From the human T2T-CHM13v2.0 reference genome, Homo sapiens, in NCBI RefSeq assembly GCF_009914755.1, contig NC_060947.1: DNA of 64,000 bases. One strand, given 5' to 3'. The position numbers were made by a program, and so were the translations under genes. Numbering within the stretch: position 1 is the stretch's first letter; the number at the start of each line of letters is the position of its first letter. Shown one piece after another: positions 27,100 to 44,075 of the stretch. The notes under the pieces were generated by a model that had not been told where the DNA came from, searched no databases, and was given only the letters and a program-made list of their open reading frames with translations.

Positions 27100-29200
27100 A
27101 GATACCTCTACTCCCTCCTTAGTGACCGATCATGCGCCCCTTACCATCTCATTGAAACCTAATCACCCTTACCTCGCTCAATGCCAATATCCCATCCCAC
27201 AGCACGCTTTAAAAAGATTAAAGCCTGTTATCACTCGCCTGCTACAGCATGGCCTTTTAAAGCCTATAAACTCTCCTTACAATTCCCCCATTTTACCTGT
27301 CCTAAAACCAGACAAGACTTACAAGTTAGTTCAAGATCTGTGCCTTATCAACCAAATTGTTTTGCCTATCCAGCCCGTGGTGCCAAACCCATATACTCTC
27401 CTATCCTCAATACCTCCCTCCACAATCCATTATTCTGTTCTAGATCTCAAACATGCTTTCTTTACTATTCCTTTGCACCCTTCATCCCAGCCTCTCTTCG
27501 CTTTCACTTAGACTGACTCTGACACCAATCAGGCTCAGCAAATTACCTGGGCTGTACTGCCGCAAAGCTTCACAGACAGCCCCCATTACTTCAGTCAAGC
27601 CCAAATTTCTTCCTCATCTGTTACCCATCTCAGCATAATTCTCGTAAAAACACATGTGCTCTCCCTGCTGATCGTGTCCGACTAATCTCCCAAACCTCAA
27701 TCCCTTCTACAAAACAACAACTCCTTTCCTTCCTAGGCATAGTTAGATACTTTCGCCTTTAGATACCTAGTTTTACCATCCTAACAAAACCATTATATAA
27801 ACTCACAAAAAGAAACCTAGCTAACCCCATAGATCCTAAATCCTTTCCCCACTCCTCTTTCCATTCCTTGAAGACAGCTTTAGAGACTGCCCCCACCCTA
27901 GCTCTCCCTGACTCATCCCAACCCTTTTCATTACACACAGCTGAAGTGCAAGGCTGTGCAGTCAGAATTCTTACACTAGGACCAAGATCATGTCCTGTAG
28001 CCTTTGTCCAAACAACTTGACCTTACTGTTTTAGGCTGGCCATCATGTCTCCATGCAGCAGCTGCTGCCGCCTTAATACTTTCAGAGGCTCTAAAAATCA
28101 CAAACTATACTCAACTCACTCTCTACATTTCTCATAACTTCCAAAATCTATTTTCTTCCTCACACCTGACACATATACTTTCTGCTCCCCAGCTCCTTCA
28201 GCTATACTCACTCTTTGTTAAGTCTCCCACAATTACCATTGTTCCTGGCCCAGACTTCAGTCCAGCCTCCCACATTATTCCAGATACCACACCTGACCCT
28301 CATGACTGCATCTCTCTGATCCACCTGACGTTCACCCCATTTCCCCATATTTCCTCCTTTCCTGTTCCTCACCCTGATCACACTTAGTTTATTGATGGCG
28401 GTTCCACCAGGACTAATCGCCACACACCAGCAAAGGCAGGCTATGCTACAGTACAAGCCACTAGCCCACCTCTTAAAACCTCTCATTTCCTTTCCATCGT
28501 AGAAATCTATCCTCAAAGAAATAACTTCTCAGTGTTCCATCTGCTATTCTACTACTTCTGAAGGATTATTCAGGCCCCCTCCCTTCCCTAAACATCAAGC
28601 TCAAAGATTTGCCCCTGCCCAAGGCTGGCAAATTTGCTATTCTACTACTTCTCAATGATTATTCAGGCCCCCTCCCTTCCCTACACATCAAGCTCAAAGA
28701 TTTGCCCCCGCCCAGGACTGGCAAATTAGCTTTACTCAACATACCCTGAGTCAGATAACTAAAATACCTCTTAGTCTAAGTAGACACTTTCATTAGATAA
28801 GTAGAGGCCTTTCCTACAAGGTCTGAGAAGACCACCACAGTCATTTCTTCCCTTCTGTCAGACACAATTCCTCAGTTTAGCCTTCCCACCTCTCTACAGT
28901 CTGATAACAGACCAGCCTTTATTAGTCAAATCAGCCAAGCACTTTTTCAGGCTCTTAGTATTCAGTGAAACCTTTATATCCCTTTACAGTCCTCAGTCTT
29001 CAGGAAAAGTAGAATGGACTAAAAGTCTTTTAAAAACACACCTCACCAAGCTCAGCCACCAACTTAAAAAAGACTAGACAATACTTATACCACTTTCCCT
29101 TCTCAGAATTCAGGCCTGTCCTCAGAATGCTACGAAGTACAGCCCATTTAAGCTCCTGTATAGATGCTCCTTTTTATTAGGCCCCAGTCTCATCCCAAAT
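27100..29200 (+). pseudogene. pol: HERV-H pol relic (RT, partial RNase H, integrase)
   Basis: QYPI…SPYNSPILPVLKPDKTYKLVQDL…VLDLKHAFF RT motifs; FIDG RNase H start; SLQSDNRPAF integrase motif; stops, frameshifts and deletions. Confidence 0.9.
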
Positions 29201-30109
29201 ACCAGACAAACTTAGACTGTGCCCCAAAAAACTTGTCATCCCTTCTATCTTCTATCTAGTCATACTCCTATTCACCGTTCTCAACTACTCATACATGCCC
29301 TGCTCTTGTTTACATTGCCGGTTTACACTGTTTCTCCAAGCCATTACAGCTGATATCTCCTGGTGCTATCCCCAAACTGCCACTCTTAACTCTTAAAGTA
29401 AATAAATAATCTTTCCTGGCAAGGCTATGCTGAACCTCTTTAAGCACTCTCTAATTAGATGTCCTAAATTCTCCCAATTCTTAGTCCTTTAATACCTGTA
29501 TTTCTCCTTCTCTTATTCCGTTGAGTTTTTCAATCCATACAAAACCGTATCCAGGCCATCACCAATAATTCTACATGACAAATGTTTCTTCTAACAACCC
29601 CACAATATCACCCCTTACCACAAAATCTTCCTTCAGCTTAATCTCTCCCACTCTAAGTTCCCAAGCTGCCCCTAATCCCGCTCAAAGCAGCCCTGAGAAA
29701 CATCGCCAATTATCTCTCCATACCACCCCAAAAAATTTTCACCGTCCCAACACTTTACCACTATTTCGTTTTATTTCTCTTATTAATATAAGAAGACAAT
29801 AGCAACTAATAAAAACTTAAAAGAACTCAAAGAAATTTTAAAATACTTGTGATATTGTGACTTATTATAAGAAATATAAATCTGATCTTTATCCCCATTT
29901 CCTGGCTTACAGCTCCGAAAGCCCTTGCATTCTCTGAAGTTATAAGTGTCTTTTTGTATGCTAATAAGATGACTGATGGCTGGGGCCTCCTGAGCTGCCT
30001 CAGGATGAAGGCCAATTGCCAGGTAAACAACCATGTGATGAGAGGACTGAAACTTTCAGCCCCATCCCATGAACTCCAGAAAGGGGAGAAGATCTGAAGG
30101 TTGAGTTAA

Positions 30110-30657
<548 letters not shown>

Positions 30658-30659
30658 TA

Positions 30660-31019
<360 letters not shown>

Positions 31020-31133
31020 TTAAACCTGAGGAGGGGGTGGTGGGAACCTGCAATTTACAGCCAGTCAGTCAGAGGTACTGGAGGCCTACACTTGTGATCA
31101 GCATGTGAAATAACGGGCAGTCTTGAGGAACTA

Positions 31134-32194
<1,061 letters not shown>

Positions 32195-32202
32195 GTGAGG
32201 GG

Positions 32203-32500
32203 TCCTGGCACAGTGGCTCATGCCTATAATCCTGGCACTTTGGGAGGTGAATTGCTTGAGCCTAGGGGTGGGAGACCAGCCTGGGGCCACATGGCAAAAC
32301 CCCATCTCTACAAAAAATACAAATATTTCCTGTGCATGGTGGCGCCCATCTGTTGTCCCAGCTACTTAGGATGCTGAGGTGGGAGGATCACTTGAGCCTG
32401 GGAGGCAGAGGTTGCAGTGAGCCAAGATCCCACCACTGCACTCCTGGGCAACAGAGCGAGACTCTGTCTCAAAATAGTAATAATAAATTATAATAAATTA
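32203..32500 (+). mobile_element. AluJ-type
   Basis: gggaggatcacttgagcc AluJ motif. Confidence 0.88.
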
Positions 32501-32501
32501 T

Positions 32502-32803
32502 AGCCGGGCGCGGTGGCTCAAGCCTGTAATCCCAGCACTTTGGGAGGCCGAGGCGGGTGGATCACGAGGTCAGGAGATCGAGACCATCCTGGCTAACACG
32601 GTGAAACCCCATCTCTACTAAAACTACAAAAAATTAGCTGGGCGTGGTGGCGGGTGCCTGTAGTCCCAGCTACTCCGGAGGCTGAGGCAGGAGAATGGCA
32701 CGAACTCGGGAGGCAGAGCTTGCAATGAGCCGAGATCGCGCCACTGTACTCTAGCCTGGGTGACAGAGCGAGACTCTGTCTCAAAAAATAAATAAATAAA
32801 TAA
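32502..32803 (+). mobile_element. AluY
   Basis: ggagatcgagaccatcctggctaacacgg and gagcttgc diagnostics. Confidence 0.95.
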
Positions 32804-33344
32804 ATTCTAAAATACCAAGAAAAGGCAGCAATGTTTAGAAGCCCAACACTAGGAATGCTCTAAATTTTTTTTAAAAAGTGTTTTAACTCTACAGTGCAAC
32901 AAAACAAATATGGAAAAGACTGTAAAACTCTAAAATCAGTCTGTTTATATCAGTGGTTCTCAACCATAACATTTATGCTTAAGGCACACTGTCTGCAGAA
33001 TACCCAGAATTATTTATGCATATTTTATGGCACCATGAATATTATTTCACCCATTTCTTTCTTGCTCAAGAAGGTCTATCAAAATGAAAGTCAATGTTAA
33101 TATAGGAATAATGTAAATTTCCTTTTGTTGAAAGGAAATAAATACAAAAAGATCTTTAGTACTTTCATTTTCACTAGTAAAAGACTACTGATTTTTCTGC
33201 CCGGAATATTTTTTCCTGACATCCTTTGTCTTGCTAAGTTCTAAGTCTTCCTTCAGCTCTTAGCAAGGAGTCACTTCTCCAAAAAGGCCTAGCTTAATAC
33301 TCCCTGCTGACATTCCATTTAAATGAGGTCCTTTCTGCCAGATG

Positions 33345-33545
33345 GCTTGGGTTTGAATTGTTTTGTTATTTACTAATGTAGTCACTTTAGACGTTAGTCT
33401 CTGTGCCTCAGTTTCCTCATCCGTGAAGTCGGAATTGTCATAATACCTACTCATGGAGTTGATAATGAGGATCAGGTGAGTCATGTTAAATGCTGCAGAG
33501 AGCACCCACCATTTGGCATGTACAATACAAGTGTTAGTCATCATT
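33345..33545 (+). mobile_element. MIR
   Basis: ctctgtgcctcagtttcctcatc core. Confidence 0.8.
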
Positions 33546-33689
33546 TAAGCCCTATGTCAAAACATGCCTAAGATAAGACCCTCCCCTTGATTTGTTTTTC
33601 AGTTCTAAGAACAATAAATTCTCTTTTGTATTAGCCAGAAAAAAATAAGTCCATTCTATTATTCTTTGTCATTGCCCTAGCTATCTTGC

Positions 33690-34203
<514 letters not shown>

Positions 34204-34448
34204 CACAAATAATTTTAATTCACAAATGGAATTGATGAAAAAAAGGAAAAAAAGTTTACAACCATTTAAAAACATTGCAGTTGGCAACCAATATTATTTG
34301 ACTAGAGCCCTTCCAAGGATCAAACCATGACATAGATATAGGTTAAACTAGAAGGGACTGAGAGAGATAAAGATATAGATTGCACTAGAAGGGACTCTGA
34401 TTTTGTTATGAGTTTGAGTCACAAAGTGAATATTATCTTCTGTGTTCT

Positions 34449-35202
34449 TGTTACAGTAGGTAACCAGCCAGGCATGAGTGGGGCAGGATAGGGCTCCCCC
34501 AACCTACCCACCAGGAATGTCACGTGACCATCAGGTGATGGTTCGGCAGTTATCACACTGCCTCTCTAAAAGTCATAATTGGCAACTAGTGCCAGGGAGA
34601 GGTAATCTCCTGATGGTCCACAGTTGTCAAACTAAAGTGATAATTGATCACAGGCACCAGGGAGAGGCAGTTTCCCGAAAAGGTAAAAACACTTGAAATT
34701 TGTAACCAGCTTCCAATAACATTTCAGGAATTGGGCGAGTGAGCCTGGGCATGTGCATTAAGAGACAAAATGGCAGAGCATGACCTTCCGGGGGCATTCC
34801 ACTGGCAAAGGGAAGAAAGCTTCAGGTGGGCATGCATACAACACTGCACATGCTCACCTCCCAAGGGTAAGGAGGCCACTGTGTGTGCAGGCAGATCATC
34901 CTTAAAGAAGAATGAAGGGAAAGGGGCTCAAGATGCCGGAAGTGGGCCAGCATATAAAGTCTTAGGATCAACTTAGGGTCAAGGTGAAATGGGGCACTTG
35001 TCCTTCAAGTCACCCGGTTGGGTCCCTTCCAAGTGCACTTTCCTTTCTTTCCTGCTCTAAAGCTTTTTAATAAACTTCCACCCTTACTCTCAAACTTGCC
35101 TCGGTCTCTTTTTCTGCCTTATGCCACTCAGTGGAATTCTTTTTCTGAGGAGGTAAGAACGGAGGTTGCTGCAGACCTGTATGGATTTGCCACCCCCTAA
35201 CA
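34449..35202 (+). mobile_element. ERV1 solo LTR (MER50-like)
   Basis: TGTTACAGTAGG…CTAACA; 4-bp TSD TTCT. Confidence 0.8.
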
Positions 35203-35461
35203 TTCTAAACGGGCACAAATATAGAGAGTCAACTCTCAAATTCATGATTTTACTAATTCAGTCAACAAACATTTATGAAGTACATGTGTGAGTGTGTGTA
35301 GGGGTGTGTGTGTGCATCAGGCATGGTATTATGCACTGGAACTATGTTTTAGCCATGGTAGGCCAGAATTATCCAGAGCAAGGCCATATCTTATTTGAAG
35401 TGGATATATACCTGAAAGGAAAAAAGAACTGACATATTTGTCAAGCAGCATAAATGTCTAC

Positions 35462-35865
35462 TGTCAGGCCTCTGAGCCCAAGCTAAGCCATCATATCCCC
35501 TGTGACCTGCACGTACACATCCAGATGGCCAGTTCCTGCCTTAACTGATGACATTCCACCACAAAAGAAGTGAAAATGGCCTGTTCCTGACTTAACTGAT
35601 GACATTATCTTGTGAAATTCCTTCTCCTGGCTCATCCTGGCTCAAAAGCTCCCCTACTGAGCACCTTGTGACCCCCACTCCTGCCCACCAGAGAACAACC
35701 CCCCTTTTTCCTTTACCTACCCAAATCCTATAAAACGGCCCCACCCCTATCTCCCTTCGCTGACTCTCTTTTTGGACTCAGCCCGCCTGCACCCAGGTGA
35801 AATAAACAGCCTTGTTGCTCACACAAAGCCTGTTTGGTGGTCTCTTCACACGGACGCGAGTGAAA
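35462..35865 (+). mobile_element. HERV-H solo LTR7
   Basis: Near-identical to 24305-24703; its own TSD tctac/cctac; no PBS or PPT adjacent. Confidence 0.96.
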
Positions 35866-35993
35866 CCTACCACAGTTCATCCTTCCAGTTCAAAATATTT
35901 GGCTCATTATCCTTCTTGCATGCAAATATACTCCCTCTTTCTTTGAGGAAAAACAAACCATAAAATGTGTGTCCTTCAGGAAATAAAGCCTAG

Positions 35994-36561
35994 TATGATG
36001 GTTAATAGTAGGTGTCGACTTGACTAGATTGAAAGATGTCTAGGTGGCTGGTAAAGTGTTGTTTCTGGATATGCCTCTGAGGGTGTTGCCAGAGGAGACT
36101 GACATTTGATTCAGTGGACTGAGAGAAAAGACCCACTCTCAATGTCTATGGTTACCATCCAATTAACTGCCATATGGCTAGGAAAAAGCAGGGGGAAGAA
36201 AAAATAAGCAGTTTGCTGACTCTCCGAGCTCTCTCTCTTCCCGTGCAGAATGCTATCTTCCACTCATGTCCTTGGTCATCAGACTCCAGGTTCTTCTGCC
36301 TTTGGACTCTGGGACTTGCACCAGCAGCCTCCCAGTGGTTCTTGGGCCTTCGGCCTCTGACTGAGGGCTTCACTACTGGCTTCACTGGCTTTGAGGCTTT
36401 TGGACTTGGACTGAGCCACACTACCAGCTTCTCTCTTTCCCTAGCTTGCAGACAGCCTATTGTGGGACTTCACCTTGTAATCTTTTGAGCCAATTCTAAT
36501 AAACTCCTTTTATATATAAATAAATGCCATTGGTTCTGCCCCTCTGGAGAAGACTAATACA
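35994..36561 (+). mobile_element. MLT2 (ERV-L) solo LTR
   Basis: gatggttaatagtaggtgtcgacttgact…agactaataca. Confidence 0.85.
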
Positions 36562-36983
36562 CTTAACGATCTCTGAATTATTGCCTACATCAGATATTCT
36601 CCCACTGAATATGCCTATACCCCAGGTCATGGTATATCTTGGGGTTCAGGGGGCCCCTTTTACATGGACACCTCTTTCACAGAATCATAGACTGTTTGAG
36701 AAGCCTTATCAAATTTGTGTCCCTCATGGGCCTTACAGATGCTTAATAAAACATTGGGAGTAATTATAAAAAAAAAAGGGAAAGGAAAAAGGGAGTCAAA
36801 ATGCTTGCCCCAGAAGAGTGATAGAAATTTTTGGATGGTTATTCACTATTTGCCCCAGATTGGAAAACTAAGAAAAAAAAAATCAGAAGGCAAAGGTTAT
36901 CAAGAGAAATTTAACATTGCCTGGAGCAATGCTGACGCAAATTAAAATAAAAATTGACAAAAGAATCTGAATACCTTGGCTCA

Positions 36984-37453
<470 letters not shown>

Positions 37454-37891
37454 TTACGTAAGGTAGTTGTGACTCTACCTAAATGTCTTATGAAAATAGG
37501 TATTGTATCTAACTGGGGGATGTTTCCCCTATCTAGTACTATAAAATTGAAAGCATGTAAATCTGCTCTTTGAGAAATATGAATCGGACATGCTAAATGG
37601 GAACTAGTAAGATTACCTGAGCCCACAATCTGTAGGGTAAAAGCTGGAGTGCCAGTCAGGACAAATCCTCTCCTTCATAGCCTTTTGTGGAGCATTAATT
37701 GGGGCTTATGGCAAAAGACTGTGAGTACTTCCCAACAACAATGACTGGACTAGAGAATTTCCACTTGAGGGGCATTTACTGCCTTGCTATGGAATGTTAA
37801 CTGAAGCTACTCCTATGCTGATGGAAGTAATGCTGTGCAAAGAGTTTCATGATAAAATGAAAATAGCTTACATAGGATCTTGGTACCTGAG

Positions 37892-38258
37892 TGTATTAGT
37901 CCATTTTCACACTGCTGATAAAGACATGCCCAAAACTGGACAAAAGAAAGAGGTTAAATGCACTCACAGTTCCATGTGGCTAGGGAGGCCTCACAATCAT
38001 GCAGGAAGGTGAAAGGCACACCTCACATGGCAAAACAAAAACAAACAAATAAACAAAATGGCAGCAGACAAAGAAGAGGGCTTGTGCAGAGAAACTCCCA
38101 ATTTTAAAACCATCAGGTCTCATGAGACTTATTCACTATCATGAGAATAACACAGGAAAGACTCACCCCCGTAATTCAATTACCTCCTACCAGTTCTCTC
38201 CCACAACACGTGGGAATTCAAGATGAGATTTGGATGGGGACACAGGCAAACCATATCA
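37892..38258 (-). mobile_element. THE1 solo LTR
   Basis: tgtattagtccattttcacactgctgataaagac…aaaccatatca. Confidence 0.92.
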
Positions 38259-38427
38259 CTCGGGATACAAGGAGGAGATACTCATGGACAGGGAGCCTCT
38301 TTTTTCCCTAGGACTGATTCTAACTATGTGAGGAGCTACTAGATTCTACAGTGCCTGATACAGACAGCCCTCATGAGCTGTTTGGCTTCTGAATGGCAGT
38401 TCCAAGGTGAAAAAACATCTTGTTTGA

Positions 38428-38808
<381 letters not shown>

Positions 38809-39108
38809 TTCTCAACATAATTTTTTAAAGTTATTTGTAGTTAGAGCATTTGGGTGAAGTATGTTTATGTAAGCAAATTTACTTTTCTATTTGAGTTCCC
38901 CAAAATTTGCATTGTTACTTTATGACAATATAGTTATTTGCATACGTTTAGTAAGAGTCTTTTAGAACAGAACAATTGGAGACACTGATCGTTTTACCAA
39001 GACTTTGACTAAAATAGTATATTTTTAGGTAAAGTTCCAGCAAAGCCAACTTAAAAGGAGCCTATATAATCAATCAATTCTTGCTGCACTTTATGTGAAT
39101 AATCAGGC

Positions 39109-39538
39109 TGATAAAAGAAAAACTTCAGCCAAATTAAACTTAAAGGAGTTTAATTGAGCAATGAACAATTCGTGAATCAGGCAGACCCCAGAATCACAGC
39201 AGATTCACAGAAACTCCAGGGGTGCCTCGTGGTCAGAACAAATTTATAGACAAAAACGGTAAAGTGACGTACAGGAATCGGATGTGAGGTACAGAAATAG
39301 TGAGATTGGTTGCAGCTCAGCGTTTGCCTTATTTGAACGCAGTTTGAACATTCAGCAGTCTGAGTGGTTGAAGTATGTCCACTGAGTTTGGCCAACACTC
39401 AGCAATTGTTACAGGTATATACTATTAAGTTAGGTTTTCAACTTTGTCTGACTATTCAGCTAGGTTACAGTTCATTCTCAAGGACTCAAATATAGAAGTA
39501 TGGAGTCCTTCTCAGGCCATATTTAGTTTGCTTTGACA
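39109..39538 (-). mobile_element. MER57A-like solo LTR
   Basis: aaaagaaaaacttcagcc…ggagtccttctcaggccatatttagtt; TSD aggc/aagc. Confidence 0.85.
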
Positions 39539-40216
39539 AAGCAAACTATAATAAGCCTAATACTTACGTTGCATACAAGCTGCTAGTATTAAAATTTCTC
39601 TTTAATAGAAAAAGAGGGCTAGAGAGAGACAGAGAAATTGTTTCAAAAGAAAAGTGTATAACATTTGTTACTAGATTTTAGCCCTGATTTTTGTTTTCCA
39701 GTGCAGAGTGAACCATGAATTATTTCTTGGCTACAATAATCCTCTAAAGGATGCTAGATTATAATTCTTATTCATGGTTTTAGCTGATGCCCTCATGGAA
39801 TAGATTCATTTTTCTGTTCTGACACACAAGTACTCTTTGTCAAATTATTAATGTTTTTTATTTCTCCTTGTTTTATTTCCAGGGAAACCAAATCATGGTA
39901 TTCTGAAGACCAGAGATGATAATCTCCCTCATTTGGCTTCCCACTGGGTCCGATCTGTTATTCACTACAAATGCCCAGCTGCTAAGACTACACAAGCACA
40001 CTCCCTGTAGGCCCAGGAACTATTGCAGAAGAAATGGGTGTATGAGATTTTAAGGGCTGGTTTTTGAGGGATATAATTAAGTCAAGGTCACAACCTCCAA
40101 ATGAAGTTTGGGTACAAAGATGCCTAAACAGCTGGTAAAACAATGGCCTTTGCTTCTTGAGCTATTATGGGGCACCTTTGCATCCACCCCAGCTATTAAG
40201 AATTTCCTTCTCCTGG

Positions 40217-40634
<418 letters not shown>

Positions 40635-40736
40635 TTAAAAAAATGTTTTCCAAACAATGCTTGTGTTTTATAGAGCTAATTGCTATAAGTCTGTAACTGA
40701 AACCAAGATTACAGTAACTCAACAAATAGAAGTTTA

Positions 40737-41179
<443 letters not shown>

Positions 41180-41372
41180 CTACTTTAAAAAATAATAATA
41201 ATTTTAAGGGGTAATAAATGCCTGTCCACGTCCATTTCTATCTCACCTAGAACAATTAGTTGGATGTAAGTCTTGTTGACCCTAAGTCCCTTGGCCACTT
41301 AGCCAAAGGGAGGGACAGAATGGACCCAGGGCAGGCAACCATGGCATCCCGGCAATGCTTACGGGACAAAAG

Positions 41373-41815
41373 CGAGGACTAAGCTATGATGTTTTTATCT
41401 TGCCCAAATTCCTATCTAAGGGGTCTGGGGAGTCATGCCGTACAAACTATAAATTCTCATCAGATGGTTTTTATTTAACCCTATATATTGTGACATACTT
41501 TCCAACCTGACTCTGCCATAACACTACGAGACAAGGAAGAAAATAAAAATATTTTACCCCAAAACATATTTCTTTGCCATATCTTGAAATGGCCCTGTAA
41601 AGCTGTTTTTTTTTTTTTTTTTTGGTGGGGGGAAATTTGCATCTGTAAAGAATCTCTATTAACATAGCTAGATCTTTTTATTCCAGGCCCTCCCAATCCT
41701 AAAAAAATTAACTAAAGTTCTAGCGCCTTTTAAACATCTGAATAGGAAACATTTGTCATCTATTGTCTCTAAGGGAAGCCACTATAAGACTTCAAAAGAA
41801 CCTTGATCTCCACAA

Positions 41816-41848
<33 letters not shown>

Positions 41849-42451
41849 AGATAGCGTGTCGCCCTGTTACGCAGCCTGGAGTGCAGTGGCACGATCTCAG
41901 CTCACCGCAACCTCTGCCTCCCGGTTCAAGCAATTTTCCTGCCTCAGCCTCCCCAGTAGCTGGGATTACAAGCGTCTGCCACCACGCTCAGCTAATTTTT
42001 TATATTTTTAGTAGAGACGGGGGTTTCACCATGTTGTCCAAGCTGATCTCGAACTCCTGACCTCAGGTGATCCACCTGCCTCGGCCTCCCAAAGTGCTGA
42101 GATTACAGGCGTAAACCACTGAGCCCAGCTGGTCTCCACAATCTTTTATCTTAACCTGTACATTTCTTTCTATCTATCCCAGGTCTTTAGACAAACTCAA
42201 CCAGTTGTCAACCAGAAAATGTTTAAATTTACCTACAGCACTTTGAGTTGTCCCGCCTTTTGGACCAAACCAATGTATTTCTTAAATGTATTTGATTGAC
42301 CTCTCATGCTAAAACCAAGTTGCACCCCGACCACCTTGGGCACTTGTTCTCAGGACCTCCTGAGGGCTATGTCATGGGCCACGATCACTCATATCTGGCT
42401 CAAAATAAATCTCTTCAAATGTTTTACAGAGTTTGACTCTTTTCATTGACA
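41373..42451 (+). mobile_element. MER4-family solo LTR containing an Alu
   Basis: (c)gaggactaagct…gactcttttcattgaca; TSD AAAG. Confidence 0.8.
41818..42129 (-). mobile_element. Alu
   Basis: TSD tctccacaatctttt. Confidence 0.94.
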
Positions 42452-42836
42452 AAAGTACAATTTTGTGGCCATTGATGTTGCCTCTGAAAAATCTTGGCCA
42501 GAAAGGGGAGAATGTAAACGAAAAATAAAATTTAAAAGTCCTCCAGCAACCCAACTGAATGGACTCCCTCCTTGGCCAGGGCACCCTAAAATGTAACCTG
42601 AAAGACTGGTTGAGGCTGTGATGGGAAGTGGGGGTTGGACATGCCTCATTATACCCCTCCAGTATTAACATCGACACAAACCTTAAGTCTGTTAATAAAC
42701 ATTTACAGTCTGTTCTCTCTAATGCCTGCTACTTGGAGGCTTCATCCGTATGATAAAACTCAGGACTCCACAACCCCTATCGTAACCCTGACATTCCTTT
42801 CTGTAGATAATAACTCTTTCAACCAATTGCCAATCA

Positions 42837-43140
<304 letters not shown>

Positions 43141-43252
43141 CAGGGTATGTTTAAATCTACCTATGACCTGGAAGCACCCACAACCCTGCTTCGAATTATC
43201 CTGCCCTGCCAGATAAAATCAATGTAAATCTTACCTGTATGGGTAGATGCAT

Positions 43253-43698
43253 TGTAGCAGGACGAGCCACAGACACCGAGTTGAGGAAGGAGAGGGCTTT
43301 ATTTGGCCAGGCGCGTCGGCAGAGTTACGTCTCAAAAAACTGAGCTCCCAAGTAAGCAATCCCTGTCCCTTTTAAGGGCTTACAACTCTAAGAGTGTCCG
43401 CGTGAGAGGGTCGTGAATGATTGAGCAAGCAGTGGGTACATGACTGGGGGCTGCATGCACTGGTAATCAGAACGGAACAGAACAGGACGGATTTTCACGA
43501 TGCTTTTCCATACAATGTCTGGAATCTATAGATAACACAAGCAGTTAAGTCAGGGGTTGATTTTTAACTACCAGCCCCAGGGTGCGGCTCCGGGCTGTCT
43601 GCCTGTGGATTTCACTTCCGCCTTTTAGTTTTTACTTCTTTTTTCTTTGGAGGCAGAAATTGGGCATAAGACAATATGAGGGGTGGTCTCCTCCCTTA
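43253..43698 (-). mobile_element. LTR15-like ERV1 solo LTR
   Basis: Reverse start TAAGGGAGGAGACCACCCCTCATATTGTC; TSD GCAT. Confidence 0.82.
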
Positions 43699-44075
43699 GC
43701 ATTATGTCTCCCTAAAATGTATAAAAGCAAGCTGTACCCCAACCACCTTGGGCCCATGTCATCAGAATTTCCTGAAGCTGTGTCACATGCACGTCCTTAA
43801 CCTTGACAAAATAAACTTTTTAACTTGATTGAGACTTGTCTCAGATCTCAAGCTCCTTGTCTCAAGAAATTCTCCCCGCTCAGCCTCTCAAAATGTTGGG
43901 GTTACAGGCTTGAACCGCTGCACCTGGCCACCTTAAGACAATTTAACTGGGAGGGAGTGTCTACTGAATTGTTGTTTTTCAAAGGCTTTCTAAATATTAT
44001 ATTTTTAAAGCTGAGAAGCAGTTATCTTTTATTTTTCAATTGCCAAAAAGATAGAAATTTCTTAACTCTCCATCC

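Larger units (their letters stand above)
24704..29798 (+). mobile_element. HERV-H internal region (common deleted form, env largely missing), ending in the PPT with no 3' LTR
   Basis: Leader, gag, pro, pol remnants; ends ttattaatataagaagaca, followed by TSD ATAGC. Confidence 0.96.

Noticed and set aside
26323-28387. Functional retroviral gag/pro/pol CDS
   Set aside because: Multiple stops and frameshifts, mutated protease active site and no visible RT YxDD region; annotated as pseudogene relics.
35462-35865. LTR7 as the displaced true 3' LTR of the provirus
   Set aside because: It has its own TSD (tctac/cctac) and no upstream PPT; the provirus TSD ATAGC already closes at 29799-29803; the intervening DNA contains much older MIR, L2 and MER21 sequence.
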